DNA of 63,626 nucleotides, counting the filler. It is 4 parts of 4 records of this genome, joined end to end, with 100 filler letters (N's around TTAATTAATTAA, not from the genome) between each part and the next. Parts side by side here need not be neighbours in the genome. Positions count along the whole stretch, not along the records: positions 1 to 21,536 come from DRR723986_12854; positions 21,637 to 49,073 come from DRR723986_12860; 2 more parts are not named here. One strand, 5' to 3'. Within the stretch, counting starts at the first letter, position 1; the number at the start of each line of letters is the position of its first letter. The translations under genes were made by a program, and so were the position numbers. Below the pieces are notes generated by a model. The model saw only the letters and a program-made list of their open reading frames with translations, searched no databases and was not told the DNA's origin. This document shows positions 11,287 to 21,765 of the stretch, piece after piece.

Positions 11287-13800
11287 TTAGAGTGCGACGT
11301 CTGTGCTGTCGGCCTTTTCTTTTTTGTCGGGAGTCAGCGTTTCATCACCGTCTTCAGCAGCGTCCAGATTGAACTGGAAATCGCCAAGATCGGAGATGAC
11401 TTTGCGGCGGGTTGCTTCGTTGATACGCGTTTGCCAGAACTGCATCGCCAACTGATTGCTAGGCTGGGCCGTGCGTGCGGCGTGAATGGACTGACCGGCG
11501 GCAAGGCTATCGCCAACATCCAGCAGTGTTTGGGCTTTAAACAAATGCATCTGCCCATCGCGCGGACGGATATCGAGATATCTGTCATTAAGTGCAAGAG
11601 CTTTATCGTAATTCTTGCGACGCGTTGTAATGTCCGCCAGGAGGGCGATGGCATTGTGATTGTATGGGTGCATCCACAAGACTTCGTTGGCCAGGCGTTG
11701 CTGTACGTTATCGAATGTGCGGCGCTGATTATCCGGAACGGTGTTTTCCTGCAGGTTTTTGGATACTGCGCGGGAAAGGTCGGTTATCGGACTGAAAATC
11801 AAGTATTTGCCAATGCCGTAACGATACGAAGGGAAGTTTTCTTCCTCAAATATGATGTCGACCAGTTGATCCACCGGCGGGTCGCTATCAACGAGTGCGG
11901 TGTAAATTTTGCGGTCACACCAGGCGGTGATGAAGTAACCCATCGCCAGGTAGAGGAAAAAACATGAGGCCATGCGGCGCGCGGTCTGCAGGTTGCCAAG
12001 CGGCATGAGGCTAAAGGCACCACAGGCGATGAAGGCAAGAAAGATTCCGATGCCGACGCTGTTACTTAGGTTGTCGGCAGCGTAGACCAGGATCCCACCG
12101 ATCACAAACGCAACTGTTCCCAGGCGCGCCATGTTCAGGTGAGTCAACCACGGCAGCGTTACAACTTTGCGCGGCATGGCGACACCATCGATCATGGCGG
12201 CCATACCACCCAGCCAGAGCAGGCCGTAGATACGCGCTGTTAGGAAGTCAGTCTGCGTAGAAAAGAGCCACGCGAACAGACCACCGACACAGGCGATCAT
12301 AAGCATATTGCGGTATTTGCGGGAGGAGTAGTACAACATGGCCACAAAGAGGCCACACCAGGAGAGGAAACCGAAAACTCCGGTTTCGACCCAGGCCTGT
12401 ATCCAGTCGTTGTGTACTTCTGCCCCCAGGCTGTGTAGAATATTCGAATAGATTGGCACATATACGGGCCATTGACCAATCCCGGTTCCAAGCAGCCAGA
12501 ATCCGGTGCCGCCGGGGGCTTCAAACTTGCCGCGATTGGATTCATCAAAGAGCATGCGGCTGGAGATGTTCCAGAACTGCAGACGGTCACTACGACCTTC
12601 AAGCAGGAGCGTCATTGACTTTCCGACTGTTCCGGAGACTGTCTCTTTACCGGTACCTTTCAGTTTTTGCGGGTTTTTATCACCGGCAATCAAACCGGGT
12701 GACGGCTCTTGCGAACCCAGAAAACCAACAAGCAGCAGGGCAAACACCAAAGGGGTAAGGCGGCCGAGCAGAATGCGGAAGATCGTTTGTTTACCGGCTG
12801 ATTGGCGGGCTGTGCGCGCTGCGCTGATGATCGTCAGAATAACGAGCATGCCACCAATGGTGACTACAAGCGCTGCAACAAATGCCGCGGCGCCAACAAC
12901 GACGCCTGAGAACCATCCGGTTTCAAGCCCAGGGAACCAAACGGTCTCCATGCTCTGAGCATAGAGCCCAAATGCCAGGCCAATCAGCGCCGCCAGGGCA
13001 ATTGCACCGCCAAACAGCTGCTGATGCAATTTGCGATCACCAAGAGGTGAAAGACGCACGGCGCGCCAGCCATAATAGAGCATCATGACGACTGCGGCGG
13101 CGACCAGGCCGATCCAGGCCGAACGGGCACGTGAGCAGATCATGAAGAGCATTGTAGAGCTGAAACAGAACAAGGCGTAGAGGAAGTGGCGCGTTGACTT
13201 CATATGCTCGGAGAACATAAACCAGACCATAAACGGCAGGGTCATCACCAGATATGTACCGGCGTAGGCGCGATATGAGAGCGTTGAAGAAGGGCGCCCG
13301 GCAGACATGATCCAGTCAAAACCGAAAATGCTGCCCGTTCCAAATTTGTAGTACATCCCAATTCCGACGAGGCCTACAAGTGCGGCGACACCCATAAAGA
13401 CGTTCCAGAAGAGGGTTGACTCCCAGAAACGCGTCTGCTTACCTATTATGTAGCCGCCAACGGCGTACATGAGGTACACCAACCTCTCAAAGCCTAGAAT
13501 GGGTTGTTCAGACCAAAGAAGCGCAACGGTTCCCCACAAGACGTACCCCATGAAGAACAGTTCTATCCAGGTGAACTGCAGGGGAGCGTCGGGTCGGTAA
13601 TCGCGGTTGCGCGTGGTCACGAATGCCAGCGCAAAAACGATACCGATGTAGATCGCTTTAATGTAGAAGTCAATCGTGTGGATCTGATTAATGATAAACA
13701 GCGGGTTTAGCGCCAGAAATATCCAGGCCCACGGCTGATTGGTCACACTCTTACCTGATGCGACTGCTCGGCGAGGAACGGTACGAGCTCGTTTGCCCAT
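11287..13800 (-). CDS. O-antigen ligase / O-oligosaccharyltransferase (Wzy_C) family membrane protein with C-terminal TPR-like repeats
   Basis: Many TM helices; CSRARSAWIG, RLQFW, LGTGIGQW and EVHNDWIQAWVETG motifs; helical TPR-like tail. Confidence 0.8.
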   Translation of the reverse strand: MGKRARTVPRRAVASGKSVTNQPWAWIFLALNPLFIINQIHTIDFYIKAIYIGIVFALAFVTTRNRDYRPDAPLQFTWIELFFMGYVLWGTVALLWSEQPILGFERLVYLMYAVGGYIIGKQTRFWESTLFWNVFMGVAALVGLVGIGMYYKFGTGSIFGFDWIMSAGRPSSTLSYRAYAGTYLVMTLPFMVWFMFSEHMKSTRHFLYALFCFSSTMLFMICSRARSAWIGLVAAAVVMMLYYGWRAVRLSPLGDRKLHQQLFGGAIALAALIGLAFGLYAQSMETVWFPGLETGWFSGVVVGAAAFVAALVVTIGGMLVILTIISAARTARQSAGKQTIFRILLGRLTPLVFALLLVGFLGSQEPSPGLIAGDKNPQKLKGTGKETVSGTVGKSMTLLLEGRSDRLQFWNISSRMLFDESNRGKFEAPGGTGFWLLGTGIGQWPVYVPIYSNILHSLGAEVHNDWIQAWVETGVFGFLSWCGLFVAMLYYSSRKYRNMLMIACVGGLFAWLFSTQTDFLTARIYGLLWLGGMAAMIDGVAMPRKVVTLPWLTHLNMARLGTVAFVIGGILVYAADNLSNSVGIGIFLAFIACGAFSLMPLGNLQTARRMASCFFLYLAMGYFITAWCDRKIYTALVDSDPPVDQLVDIIFEEENFPSYRYGIGKYLIFSPITDLSRAVSKNLQENTVPDNQRRTFDNVQQRLANEVLWMHPYNHNAIALLADITTRRKNYDKALALNDRYLDIRPRDGQMHLFKAQTLLDVGDSLAAGQSIHAARTAQPSNQLAMQFWQTRINEATRRKVISDLGDFQFNLDAAEDGDETLTPDKKEKADSTDVAL

Positions 13801-14050
13801 GCTTCTGCTCTCTGCGTATTTAATCGATATTGGAATTCAGGGATTTGACGGATGATCAGAATGTGCGGAGCGATCATCACTAGTCTGCTGCAAAATAAGC
13901 TTGTTACTCCCAGGGAGCAACGCCATAGACATACATACCAATCAATTACCTAAGCCTTGAAGCAGGCTTTGAGGCAAACGAACGGTACTCAGGTTTATGG
14001 GCAGCTGCAAAATTAAACTTTTTGGCGCACTTTTCGGCAGGATAAAGAAA

Positions 14051-14078
14051 AAGGTCAGGGCTGGAGAGCCCTGACCTT
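14051..14078 (-). terminator. Rho-independent terminator after the aminotransferase
   Basis: AAGGTCAGGGCT-GGAG-AGCCCTGACCTT, followed by a T-run on the minus strand. Confidence 0.75.
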
Positions 14079-14129
14079 GTCATTTCCTGGCAATAAAACA
14101 TGCCGGATCCTGCATTATCACTGCAATTC

Positions 14130-15305
14130 TCAGGCAAGTCCGCGCACAAAACTATCGATTCTATCCAGCGCCTTTTCAATGTTTTCGATTGAGTTGGCAT
14201 AAGAAAAGCGGATAAAACCTTCGCCGTGTTTGCCAAATGCGGTGCCGCTAAGGCAGGCTACACCGGCTTCGTTCAGAATGCGGTCGGCGCATTGCTGGGA
14301 TGAGAGACCGGTGCCCGTGATGTTCGGAAAGACGTAAAATGCGCCTTTGGGTGAATGACAGCGGAAACCGGGAATCTGGTTGAGGCCGTTGACGATCACA
14401 TCGCGGCGCCCCTTGAAGTCGGCCACAAATTTCTCGACGTCCGGCAAAGTCCGGTCGGATAGCGCTTCAATCCCGGCGACTTGCGAGAATGCGGCGGTAC
14501 AGCTGGTGCTGTTGGTTTGCAGCTTGGCAACCTGATCAGCCAGGGCTTTGGGCATCAGGCCATAACCAAGGCGCCAGCCGGTCATAGCAAAAGTCTTGGA
14601 GAAACCGTCCAGAACGATAGTACGCTCTTTCATGCCCTCAAACTGCGTAATACTCTCGTGCTCAAAACCATCGTAGGTAATCTGCGAGTAAATTTCGTCG
14701 GACAGCACCATGATGTCATTTTTGACGGCCAGTTCGGCAATGCCTTTGAGGTCTTCGCGGGTCAAGATACCACCGGTTGGATTCTGCGGCGTATTGATGA
14801 TGATCAAGCGCGTTTTGTCGCTGATACGGGCTTCCAGGTCGGCGAGGTCAAAGCGGAATTCTTTGTCTTCGCGCAATGGCAGCGGCACGGGTTTGGCACC
14901 GACGAAGTTGATCATCGACTCGTAGATCGGGAATCCGGGATTGGGATAGATTACTTCGTCACCTTCATCCACACAGGCCAGCAGCACAAAAAACATAATT
15001 GGCTTGGCACCGGGGGTAAAGACTACTTCATCAGCCGAATAGAGCTTGTTTGCGCGCGTTTTATTGAAGTATTCGGCAATCGCGGCACGTGCATCCGGCA
15101 GGCCGGGCGCCGGGCCATAGTGTGTAAACCCGTCATCCAGCGCCTGTTTGGCAGCCGCTACAATGTTGGCCGGCGTATCAAAATCGGGTTCACCGATTTC
15201 GAGATGAATAATATCGCGGCCCTGCGCCTCAAGCGCCTTGGCTTTGACCAAAACTTCAAATGCGGTCTCAGTTCCGAGCCGCTGCATACGTTTGGCGAGA
15301 TGCAT
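14130..15305 (-). CDS. PLP-dependent class I/II aminotransferase (aspartate aminotransferase family)
   Basis: GEPDFDTP, NTPQNPTG, SDEIY, GFSKTFAMTGWRLG. Confidence 0.95.
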   Translation of the reverse strand: MHLAKRMQRLGTETAFEVLVKAKALEAQGRDIIHLEIGEPDFDTPANIVAAAKQALDDGFTHYGPAPGLPDARAAIAEYFNKTRANKLYSADEVVFTPGAKPIMFFVLLACVDEGDEVIYPNPGFPIYESMINFVGAKPVPLPLREDKEFRFDLADLEARISDKTRLIIINTPQNPTGGILTREDLKGIAELAVKNDIMVLSDEIYSQITYDGFEHESITQFEGMKERTIVLDGFSKTFAMTGWRLGYGLMPKALADQVAKLQTNSTSCTAAFSQVAGIEALSDRTLPDVEKFVADFKGRRDVIVNGLNQIPGFRCHSPKGAFYVFPNITGTGLSSQQCADRILNEAGVACLSGTAFGKHGEGFIRFSYANSIENIEKALDRIDSFVRGLA

Positions 15306-15366
15306 AGTCGGGAATCCCTCGTCAAATTCAATTCAATAATTCACATGAACACTATATTCGGCGGCT

Positions 15367-15374
15367 CAAATATA
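15367..15374 (-). promoter_or_regulatory. Candidate TAnnTTTG promoter element for the aminotransferase
   Basis: TATATTTG on minus strand about 60 nt upstream of ATG. Confidence 0.5.
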
Positions 15375-15393
15375 CGGCGAGTCACAAACAAAA

Positions 15394-15417
15394 ACGGCGA
15401 TCCAAATGGATCGCCGT
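15394..15417 (-). terminator. Terminator after tsaE
   Basis: ACGGCGATCCA-AA-TGGATCGCCGT with a T-run on the minus strand. Confidence 0.65.
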
Positions 15418-15493
15418 GCATTTTCCTTGATTTTATCCGCTGCCGTCACCCATTATGGACAAATTCAGGGCGCCGTAATCGGAGCGGCAAGGC

Positions 15494-15976
15494 TCAATTT
15501 CGATCCGCATCACCATGGCGGATTTCAATCTTGCGCATGTTTTCATCATCGTCGGCCATTGAAAAGTTGACGGAATACGTATCCGTCGGCAGAGCACCGC
15601 TCGCCTTTTCAGCCCATTCTATCAGCTTAATCGCATCGTTGGAGTGCGCACATTCATCAAAGCCAATCTCACTTAGGTCCTCTACCGACTCAATGCGATA
15701 CAGGTCTACGTGATAAATCTTGATTGCCGTGTCGTGGATCGTTTCACCCTGGTACTGATTGATCACCGTAAAGGTAGGGCTCGTGACGATATCTTCAACA
15801 TTAAAATGACGGCAAATTCCTTTGACAAATTCGGTCTTTCCGGCACCCAGGTCACCCAGGAGGGCAACGGTATCACCTTTATGCAGACGTTCAGCGAAGG
15901 CCTGGCCTAACTCGGCCGTTTCGTCTTCGCTGTTGGTCTGGAATGTCTCGGCTTCCATAATTTCACAGTCCACCAC
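15494..15976 (-). CDS. tsaE: tRNA threonylcarbamoyladenosine biosynthesis ATPase TsaE
   Basis: GDLGAGKT, SPTF, HVDLYR and IEWAE; the start may be ATG at 15958. Confidence 0.96.
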   Translation of the reverse strand: MVDCEIMEAETFQTNSEDETAELGQAFAERLHKGDTVALLGDLGAGKTEFVKGICRHFNVEDIVTSPTFTVINQYQGETIHDTAIKIYHVDLYRIESVEDLSEIGFDECAHSNDAIKLIEWAEKASGALPTDTYSVNFSMADDDENMRKIEIRHGDADRN

Positions 15977-16091
15977 TTACTTCACCTATGGGGAATACAA
16001 ACACAAAAAGATTCGCGAGCGACGGCATAAAAACACCACAGAATGCACCGCAGGTAGCGCCTAATGGCGGTGACGACTTCTAAGTTTTCGC

Positions 16092-17666
16092 TCACTTGGG
16101 ATCGAGGATAGCGACAGGAAGTATCATCTCCTCCAATGAAATCCCGCCATGCTGGAAACTGTCACGATATTGGCTCAAATAATGATTATAGTCCGTAGGA
16201 TAGACGAAATAATAGTCTTCTTTAGCGATAATGTAATTCGTCGTGACATTGTGTTGCGGAAGGTTGTACTCTTCCGGCTTGCGAATGAACATGGCGTTGC
16301 GGTTGTCCGCTTTGACGTTACGACCAAACTTGAACCGCAGACACGTTGAAGTGTCGCGGTCGCCGAATGCTTTAGCACCGCGCATGCAGCGCACCGCACC
16401 GTGATCGGTCGTTATAATAATACGAATATTTTTCTTCGTGGAGAGCGCCGTCAACATGCCGTGCAGGCTGGAATGTTTGAACCAGGAGTTCGTAAGCGAA
16501 CGATACGCCGGCTCATCAGGCGCGATTTCACGCAAAATCGGATGATCTGAGCGCGAATGCGCGATCATGTCCACCACGTTGACCACGATTGCAGACAGCT
16601 GGTTGCGCGTGTAATTCAATACTTCATTTTCGATTTTTTTACCGAAGTCAGTATCGATGATCTTCACGTACTTGATGTCGTTGCGCAATTTGATGCGCCG
16701 CCGTTCCATCAATTTGCTCAGCAGCTCTTTCTCGTATTTGTTCTGGCTGTGGTCGTCGCCATTGCCGTCAATCCAGTACTGCGGATAATGTTTCTGGATG
16801 TCATTCGGGAAGAGCCCGGCAAAAATCGAGTTGCGCGCGTAAGGCGTGGACGTCGGCAGAATTGAACTGTAATAATCGACGTTGATATTGTACAGCGGCC
16901 GCAGGGCCTCCTCAATGATACGCCACTGATCAAGGCGCATGCAGTCAATGACGAAGAAAAATGTCGAATCAACTTCTTTGACGCTCGGCACAACATATTT
17001 ATCAACGATATGCGGCGAGAGCATCGGTACGTCGTCGTCTTTGCCGGCATTCAGCCACCCGGCATAGGTATTTTCCACGTACTTGGAAAATTCGGCATTA
17101 CATTCGCGCCACTGATTCGCCAGCGTTTCTTCCAGACCGATGCCGGGATAACGGTCAAGCTCCATGCTCCAGCTTACGAGCTTGTCATAGATATCAACCC
17201 AGTCACTCCAGCCTAGCGGCTCAAATAATCGCCGTGAGACTTCATTAAAGCCCTGAAGGTAGTCCTGTGTAAACTTCTGGCCTGCAATTTTCTCTGACTC
17301 AAGGAATTTTTTGCAGGCGGCCAATATCTGCGCCGGATTCACCGGTTTGGTCAGATAGTCATCAATCTTGCGGCCAATCGCCTCTTCCATGACCGTTTCG
17401 GCCTCGTTTTTGGTCACCATCACTACGGGAACCGAAGAATCGTGATCCTTCATGCGCAGGAGTGTGTCCAGGCCGCTCAGCCCAACCATCGTCTCATCCA
17501 GGAAGACGAGGTTAAAATTTTCTTTGCCGAACATCTCAATGGCGTCCTCGCCATTGGTGGCCGTACTTACGTCATAACCGCGTTGTTCAAGAAGAATGAT
17601 ATGCGGACGGAGCAGGTCAATTTCGTCATCGACCCACAGAATTTTGCCCTTGTTGCTGGAGCTCAT
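16092..17666 (-). CDS. porX: PorX-type response regulator (receiver plus PglZ/alkaline-phosphatase domain)
   Basis: ILWVDDEIDLL receiver; IDCMR, ILPTSTPYARN, DMIAH, TTDHG and FQHGGISLEEM; adjacent to tsaE as in Bacteroidota. Confidence 0.9.
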   Translation of the reverse strand: MSSSNKGKILWVDDEIDLLRPHIILLEQRGYDVSTATNGEDAIEMFGKENFNLVFLDETMVGLSGLDTLLRMKDHDSSVPVVMVTKNEAETVMEEAIGRKIDDYLTKPVNPAQILAACKKFLESEKIAGQKFTQDYLQGFNEVSRRLFEPLGWSDWVDIYDKLVSWSMELDRYPGIGLEETLANQWRECNAEFSKYVENTYAGWLNAGKDDDVPMLSPHIVDKYVVPSVKEVDSTFFFVIDCMRLDQWRIIEEALRPLYNINVDYYSSILPTSTPYARNSIFAGLFPNDIQKHYPQYWIDGNGDDHSQNKYEKELLSKLMERRRIKLRNDIKYVKIIDTDFGKKIENEVLNYTRNQLSAIVVNVVDMIAHSRSDHPILREIAPDEPAYRSLTNSWFKHSSLHGMLTALSTKKNIRIIITTDHGAVRCMRGAKAFGDRDTSTCLRFKFGRNVKADNRNAMFIRKPEEYNLPQHNVTTNYIIAKEDYYFVYPTDYNHYLSQYRDSFQHGGISLEEMILPVAILDPK

Positions 17667-17992
17667 GGTACCACCTGATCAGAATGTGTGCTTACGGAAT
17701 AGTGTTGATTATCTCTTATTCAGAAATGGTAATGATGCTTCCAGTAACCCTCCGGGCGCTGCCGGTTCTACTTAATAATATCTGCATACACTGACGTGCG
17801 CCGCCGTGAATTTTGCGGCGACAGTAAAAAACGGATTGGTGATTTGCATATTTTGTCGGTCTGCTTCGTTGCAGTCACAATCGTGTGTTTCTGAAGGCAG
17901 CCTGCGCCGCCAATGGAACACAAAAGCAGCGGCAGCCGTTGTACATCCTGCAACATACTTTTTGGCTCCGGGAACCAGCTCTGCAAACTACC

Positions 17993-18973
17993 ATGCATCC
18001 TTTTTTGCTCATATTCTGCTGCATTTCCGTCACCGCACTTGTTCAGACAGGTGCAGCCTGCGCGCAGGTCCTGCATGCTCAGTCCAAAGACGCATCTGCC
18101 AAAACTATTGCTCAGAGTCCTGCCCACAGCGAAGGCGGCAGCACATCAGCCGCTCTATACGATCAAATCAATGCTCAAATAGGCCACCCACAAATAGACA
18201 CAGATGACAAGCCCGCAACTAACAAACGCAAACAGCGCGCACCGGTAGCGCTGGGTTTTTATCTGGGCTCACTGTATGGCCCCAGTGCAATTGATTTGTT
18301 TGACACTTACAATGAAATTTTGGGCGGTCCCGGCGCAGGATTTGAGGCCTCCATGATGATTGGCGCGGCCACGCGCATCCCCGCCGGCGATAACTTCCGC
18401 ATCTCTCTTTCACTGGAAAGTTATAGCCTGCGTTTTACCGAAAGTTTTAATCAGGACATCTATCCGGATGGCCGCGGTACGCCCGATAATCCACTATCAC
18501 CGATCGGTACACGTACATTAAGTGAGGACATGACTGTTCGGGTCATCCCCGCGTTCCTGTCATTGGAGTATATGCCCGTCAAAGCGCAGTTCCGCACCTA
18601 TGCTGGTGTTGGCGTTGGCGCCGCCTTCGGCTGGGCCTTTTGGTCCGAAGCTGTCTCCAGCACCTGGGCCGACGATCCACGCAGTGGCGGCCTGCACTAT
18701 GACGAGAACTACGTTGCTCCCGCCGGACGCATTTATGCCGGTACCCAGTTGGGTTTTGACGAGCACTCCAAGGGATCCAGCCTGCACAGCATGTTCATTG
18801 AGGCGCGCTACAGTTTTGTGGCGACTTCCCTGCCAATTTTTGATGCGATTGCTGACCAGTTCGAACCGCGTATTCCGCAACTCAGCGATGATTTTGGGCT
18901 GAATGCCGGTGGTTTTTCACTGATCGTTGGAATTACGATAGAATTCAGAGAACCCGCCGACGACGAGCAATGA
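17993..18973 (+). CDS. Hypothetical exported outer-membrane beta-barrel-like protein
   Basis: Signal-like N-terminus; TYAGVGVG, FIEARY and GGFSLIVGITIEF beta-strand patterns; start uncertain. Confidence 0.65.
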   Translation: MHPFLLIFCCISVTALVQTGAACAQVLHAQSKDASAKTIAQSPAHSEGGSTSAALYDQINAQIGHPQIDTDDKPATNKRKQRAPVALGFYLGSLYGPSAIDLFDTYNEILGGPGAGFEASMMIGAATRIPAGDNFRISLSLESYSLRFTESFNQDIYPDGRGTPDNPLSPIGTRTLSEDMTVRVIPAFLSLEYMPVKAQFRTYAGVGVGAAFGWAFWSEAVSSTWADDPRSGGLHYDENYVAPAGRIYAGTQLGFDEHSKGSSLHSMFIEARYSFVATSLPIFDAIADQFEPRIPQLSDDFGLNAGGFSLIVGITIEFREPADDEQ

Positions 18974-19078
18974 TCCGCGTGATACGATAGTTTTTACGGC
19001 TGTAAATCGCTATTTTCGGCCCTTGTAAACCGGCGCTTGCGCCGGTATCGTTCGGTATTTTAGGAAAGAGGAAACCCC

Positions 19079-19372
19079 ATGGATATCAAGCTGACTGCAC
19101 GCCACTTTAAACTGGCCGACGAAGTACGCGAAGAAGCCAACAAAGCGGCACAGAAAATTGAACGCTTCTACGACAACATCATCAGTACCGAAGTGATCTT
19201 TTTGGATGAAGGCACTGCCAGCAATCCCAAAACCGTTGAGTTCATTGTGCACATCGATGAACACACTCTGGTGGCTAAACAAAACGGCGACGAATTTTTC
19301 AAACTGATTCGCGATGCCGCCGACATCATCATTCGCCAGATTCGCAAGATCAAAACAAAGCAGAGCGTATAA
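19079..19372 (+). CDS. hpf: Ribosome hibernation factor HPF/RaiA (short form)
   Basis: MDIKLTARHFKL...KIERFYDNI...IIRQIRKIK; GAGG RBS. Confidence 0.9.
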   Translation: MDIKLTARHFKLADEVREEANKAAQKIERFYDNIISTEVIFLDEGTASNPKTVEFIVHIDEHTLVAKQNGDEFFKLIRDAADIIIRQIRKIKTKQSV

Positions 19373-19474
19373 CAGCTTGCTGCCTGTGGTGCTCACATCC
19401 GCTGAGCACCGCAGGTGTTTACTACAAATTCGCCACACTGCTTAGCCTACTCCTCCGCGCACGGGTCTCCAGCC

Positions 19475-20500
19475 ATGGCAATATTCGATAATCCCCCCAT
19501 CCATGTTCGTAAGGACATCGCCCTCCAGGCTTTGCTCGACGTGAAATGGGCCGAATTCCGCCTGGAACATGTCAACACTCCCACCGGCCTCCAGCGCACA
19601 CTCAGCGAAACCGGACTCTACCGCCCCGGACTGGCGCTCGCCGGCCACGTGGATTTGTTCAGTCCCCAAAAAATTCAGGTCTTCGGCAATACCGAGCTGT
19701 ACTATCTGCGCTCACTCTCCGCCGAAGCCCAAAGCGATGCCTTTGAACGCATCATCCGCCACCCAATCCCCTGCATCATAACCACAAATGAGCTGCAGCT
19801 GCCACCCAACCTCCTGCAGCAAGCCACGGACCGCAACATCGCAGTTCTGTCCTCACGCCTCGACACCACCGACACGTCGCGTTTGCTCTCAGAATTTCTG
19901 GATGGACAATTTGCGCCGCGCACAGGCGTTCACGGTTCCTTTGTGGATGTCTACGGCGCCGGCCTGCTTTTTGTGGGACGCAGCGGCATCGGCAAAAGCG
20001 AAATTGTACTCGACCTGATTGAACGTGGTCATCGCCTGGTTTCCGATGACGTGGTGACGCTGACGCGCAAACGCGAGGATATTCTTATCGGTACGGCCGC
20101 CGGCCCGGCGAAACACTTCATGGAAATTCGCGGCCTGGGCATTATTGATGTGCGCCAAATGTTTGGAATGCGCGCCATCCGTTTTCAGAAACGTCTTGAA
20201 ATTATCGTGGAACTCGAAGAATGGGATCCGGCCGGCGAATACACGCGTACAGGCCTCGATCTTGGCAAACAGAAAGTTTTGGGCGTTGAAGTCTCCGTTG
20301 TTAAGCTGCCGATTTTCCCCGGCAAAAACGTGACGGTCATCGCCGAATCTATTGCACTTAACTATCTTTTGCGCGTCTACGGTTACGATGCGGCTCACGA
20401 ATTCACACGGCGCATCGATGCGGAAATCGCTCGTAAAACGCGTGGTGAAACCGGTGAAGCCGACCGCGCAAATCCCTATTTTGATAACGACTATGAATGA
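19475..20500 (+). CDS. hprK: HPr(Ser) kinase/phosphorylase
   Basis: [34 protein letters not shown]. Confidence 0.96.
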   Translation: MAIFDNPPIHVRKDIALQALLDVKWAEFRLEHVNTPTGLQRTLSETGLYRPGLALAGHVDLFSPQKIQVFGNTELYYLRSLSAEAQSDAFERIIRHPIPCIITTNELQLPPNLLQQATDRNIAVLSSRLDTTDTSRLLSEFLDGQFAPRTGVHGSFVDVYGAGLLFVGRSGIGKSEIVLDLIERGHRLVSDDVVTLTRKREDILIGTAAGPAKHFMEIRGLGIIDVRQMFGMRAIRFQKRLEIIVELEEWDPAGEYTRTGLDLGKQKVLGVEVSVVKLPIFPGKNVTVIAESIALNYLLRVYGYDAAHEFTRRIDAEIARKTRGETGEADRANPYFDNDYE

Positions 20501-21458
20501 TACAACGCAGGGCATGGAACTCCAAAGTCGCATTTACGTTGCGGGCCATCGCGGCCTGGTGGGCTCAGCAATTGTTCGTGCCTTAGAAGCACGTGGATTT
20601 AACAATATTATCACACGCACGCGCGCAGAGCTGGACTTGTTAAACCGCGCTGCCGTCGATTCATTTTTTGCTGAAGAGCGCCCCGACTACGTATTTCTGG
20701 CAGCCGCAAAAGTCGGTGGAATTGGTGCGAACAACACCTACCGCTACGATTTTATTTACGAGAACCTGCAACTGCAGAATAACGTTATCGACGCCGCACG
20801 ACTTAACAAAGTCACTAAACTTCTGTTCCTGGGCTCCTCGTGCATCTACCCGCGGCTGGCGCCACAACCACTTAACGAAGACTATTTGTTAACAGGCACA
20901 CTTGAGCCGACCAACGAGCCATATGCGATTGCCAAAATTGCGGGCATTAAACTCTGCGAGGCCCTGCGCGACCAGTATAACTTTAACGCCATATCCTGCA
21001 TGCCGACCAATTTGTACGGCCCCAACGACAACTACAATCTGGAAACTTCACACGTGTTCCCTGCGCTGATTCGGCGCTTCCACGAAGCAACTCAGCGCGG
21101 TGATGCGGATATAACTCTGTGGGGCAACGGCGAGCCCATGCGCGAATTTTTGCATGTAGACGATGCTGCCGACGCAATGCTTTTTATGATGAACTCCTAC
21201 AACGGCCGTCAGTTTATTAACATCGGCACGGGTGAAGACATCACGATTCGCAATCTGGCGGAAGAAGTTAAGTCCGTGACCGGTTTCCAGGGAACGATTA
21301 ACTGGGATACGTCCAAACCTGTCGGCACGCCACGCAAACTGATGGACGTGAGCAAACTGCACGCGCTGGGCTGGAAACACAAATATTCACTGCGTGCGGG
21401 AATTGAGCACACCTACGAATCGTTTAAGCGCGAACACATCACAAACAGCGAAGCATAA
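20493..21458 (+). CDS. fcl: GDP-L-fucose synthase
   Basis: [30 protein letters not shown]; start ATG 20493 (overlapping the hprK stop) or 20514. Confidence 0.96.
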   Translation: MNDTTQGMELQSRIYVAGHRGLVGSAIVRALEARGFNNIITRTRAELDLLNRAAVDSFFAEERPDYVFLAAAKVGGIGANNTYRYDFIYENLQLQNNVIDAARLNKVTKLLFLGSSCIYPRLAPQPLNEDYLLTGTLEPTNEPYAIAKIAGIKLCEALRDQYNFNAISCMPTNLYGPNDNYNLETSHVFPALIRRFHEATQRGDADITLWGNGEPMREFLHVDDAADAMLFMMNSYNGRQFINIGTGEDITIRNLAEEVKSVTGFQGTINWDTSKPVGTPRKLMDVSKLHALGWKHKYSLRAGIEHTYESFKREHITNSEA

Positions 21459-21536
21459 GACTATATTTGCAGAAATTAACATTAACTCCGGCTAGAGGCT
21501 TGACCACTGCGCCCCTCTCATTGCATTCGGTGGCTG

Positions 21537-21636
21537 NNNNNNNNNNNNNNNNNNNNNNNNNNNNNNNNNNNNNNNNNNNNTTAATTAATTAANNNNNNNN
21601 NNNNNNNNNNNNNNNNNNNNNNNNNNNNNNNNNNNN
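21537..21636. other. Artificial contig spacer (N44-TTAATTAATTAA-N44)
   Basis: Ns flanking an all-frame stop linker; base composition changes abruptly across it. Confidence 0.99.
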
Positions 21637-21765
21637 ATCCCGCAAGGCTCACCCATCCGGATGATAACCTCCGGAAACCATCATCAGAAACAAATAACTA
21701 GTAAACTCCATTAAAATCGTGGTAGTACCATTTATTTTAACCCGAGTAATTCTTCATCCAGAAGA

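Noticed and set aside
14481-15713. 410-aa plus-strand ORF
   Set aside because: Antisense shadow of the aminotransferase and tsaE; no recognisable motifs
16092-17666. PglZ domain suggesting BREX defence
   Set aside because: Receiver-PglZ architecture and tsaE linkage identify PorX; no brxC, pglX or brxL nearby
21581-21592. TTAATTAATTAA palindrome recurring three times
   Set aside because: Artificial linker within the N spacers, not biological
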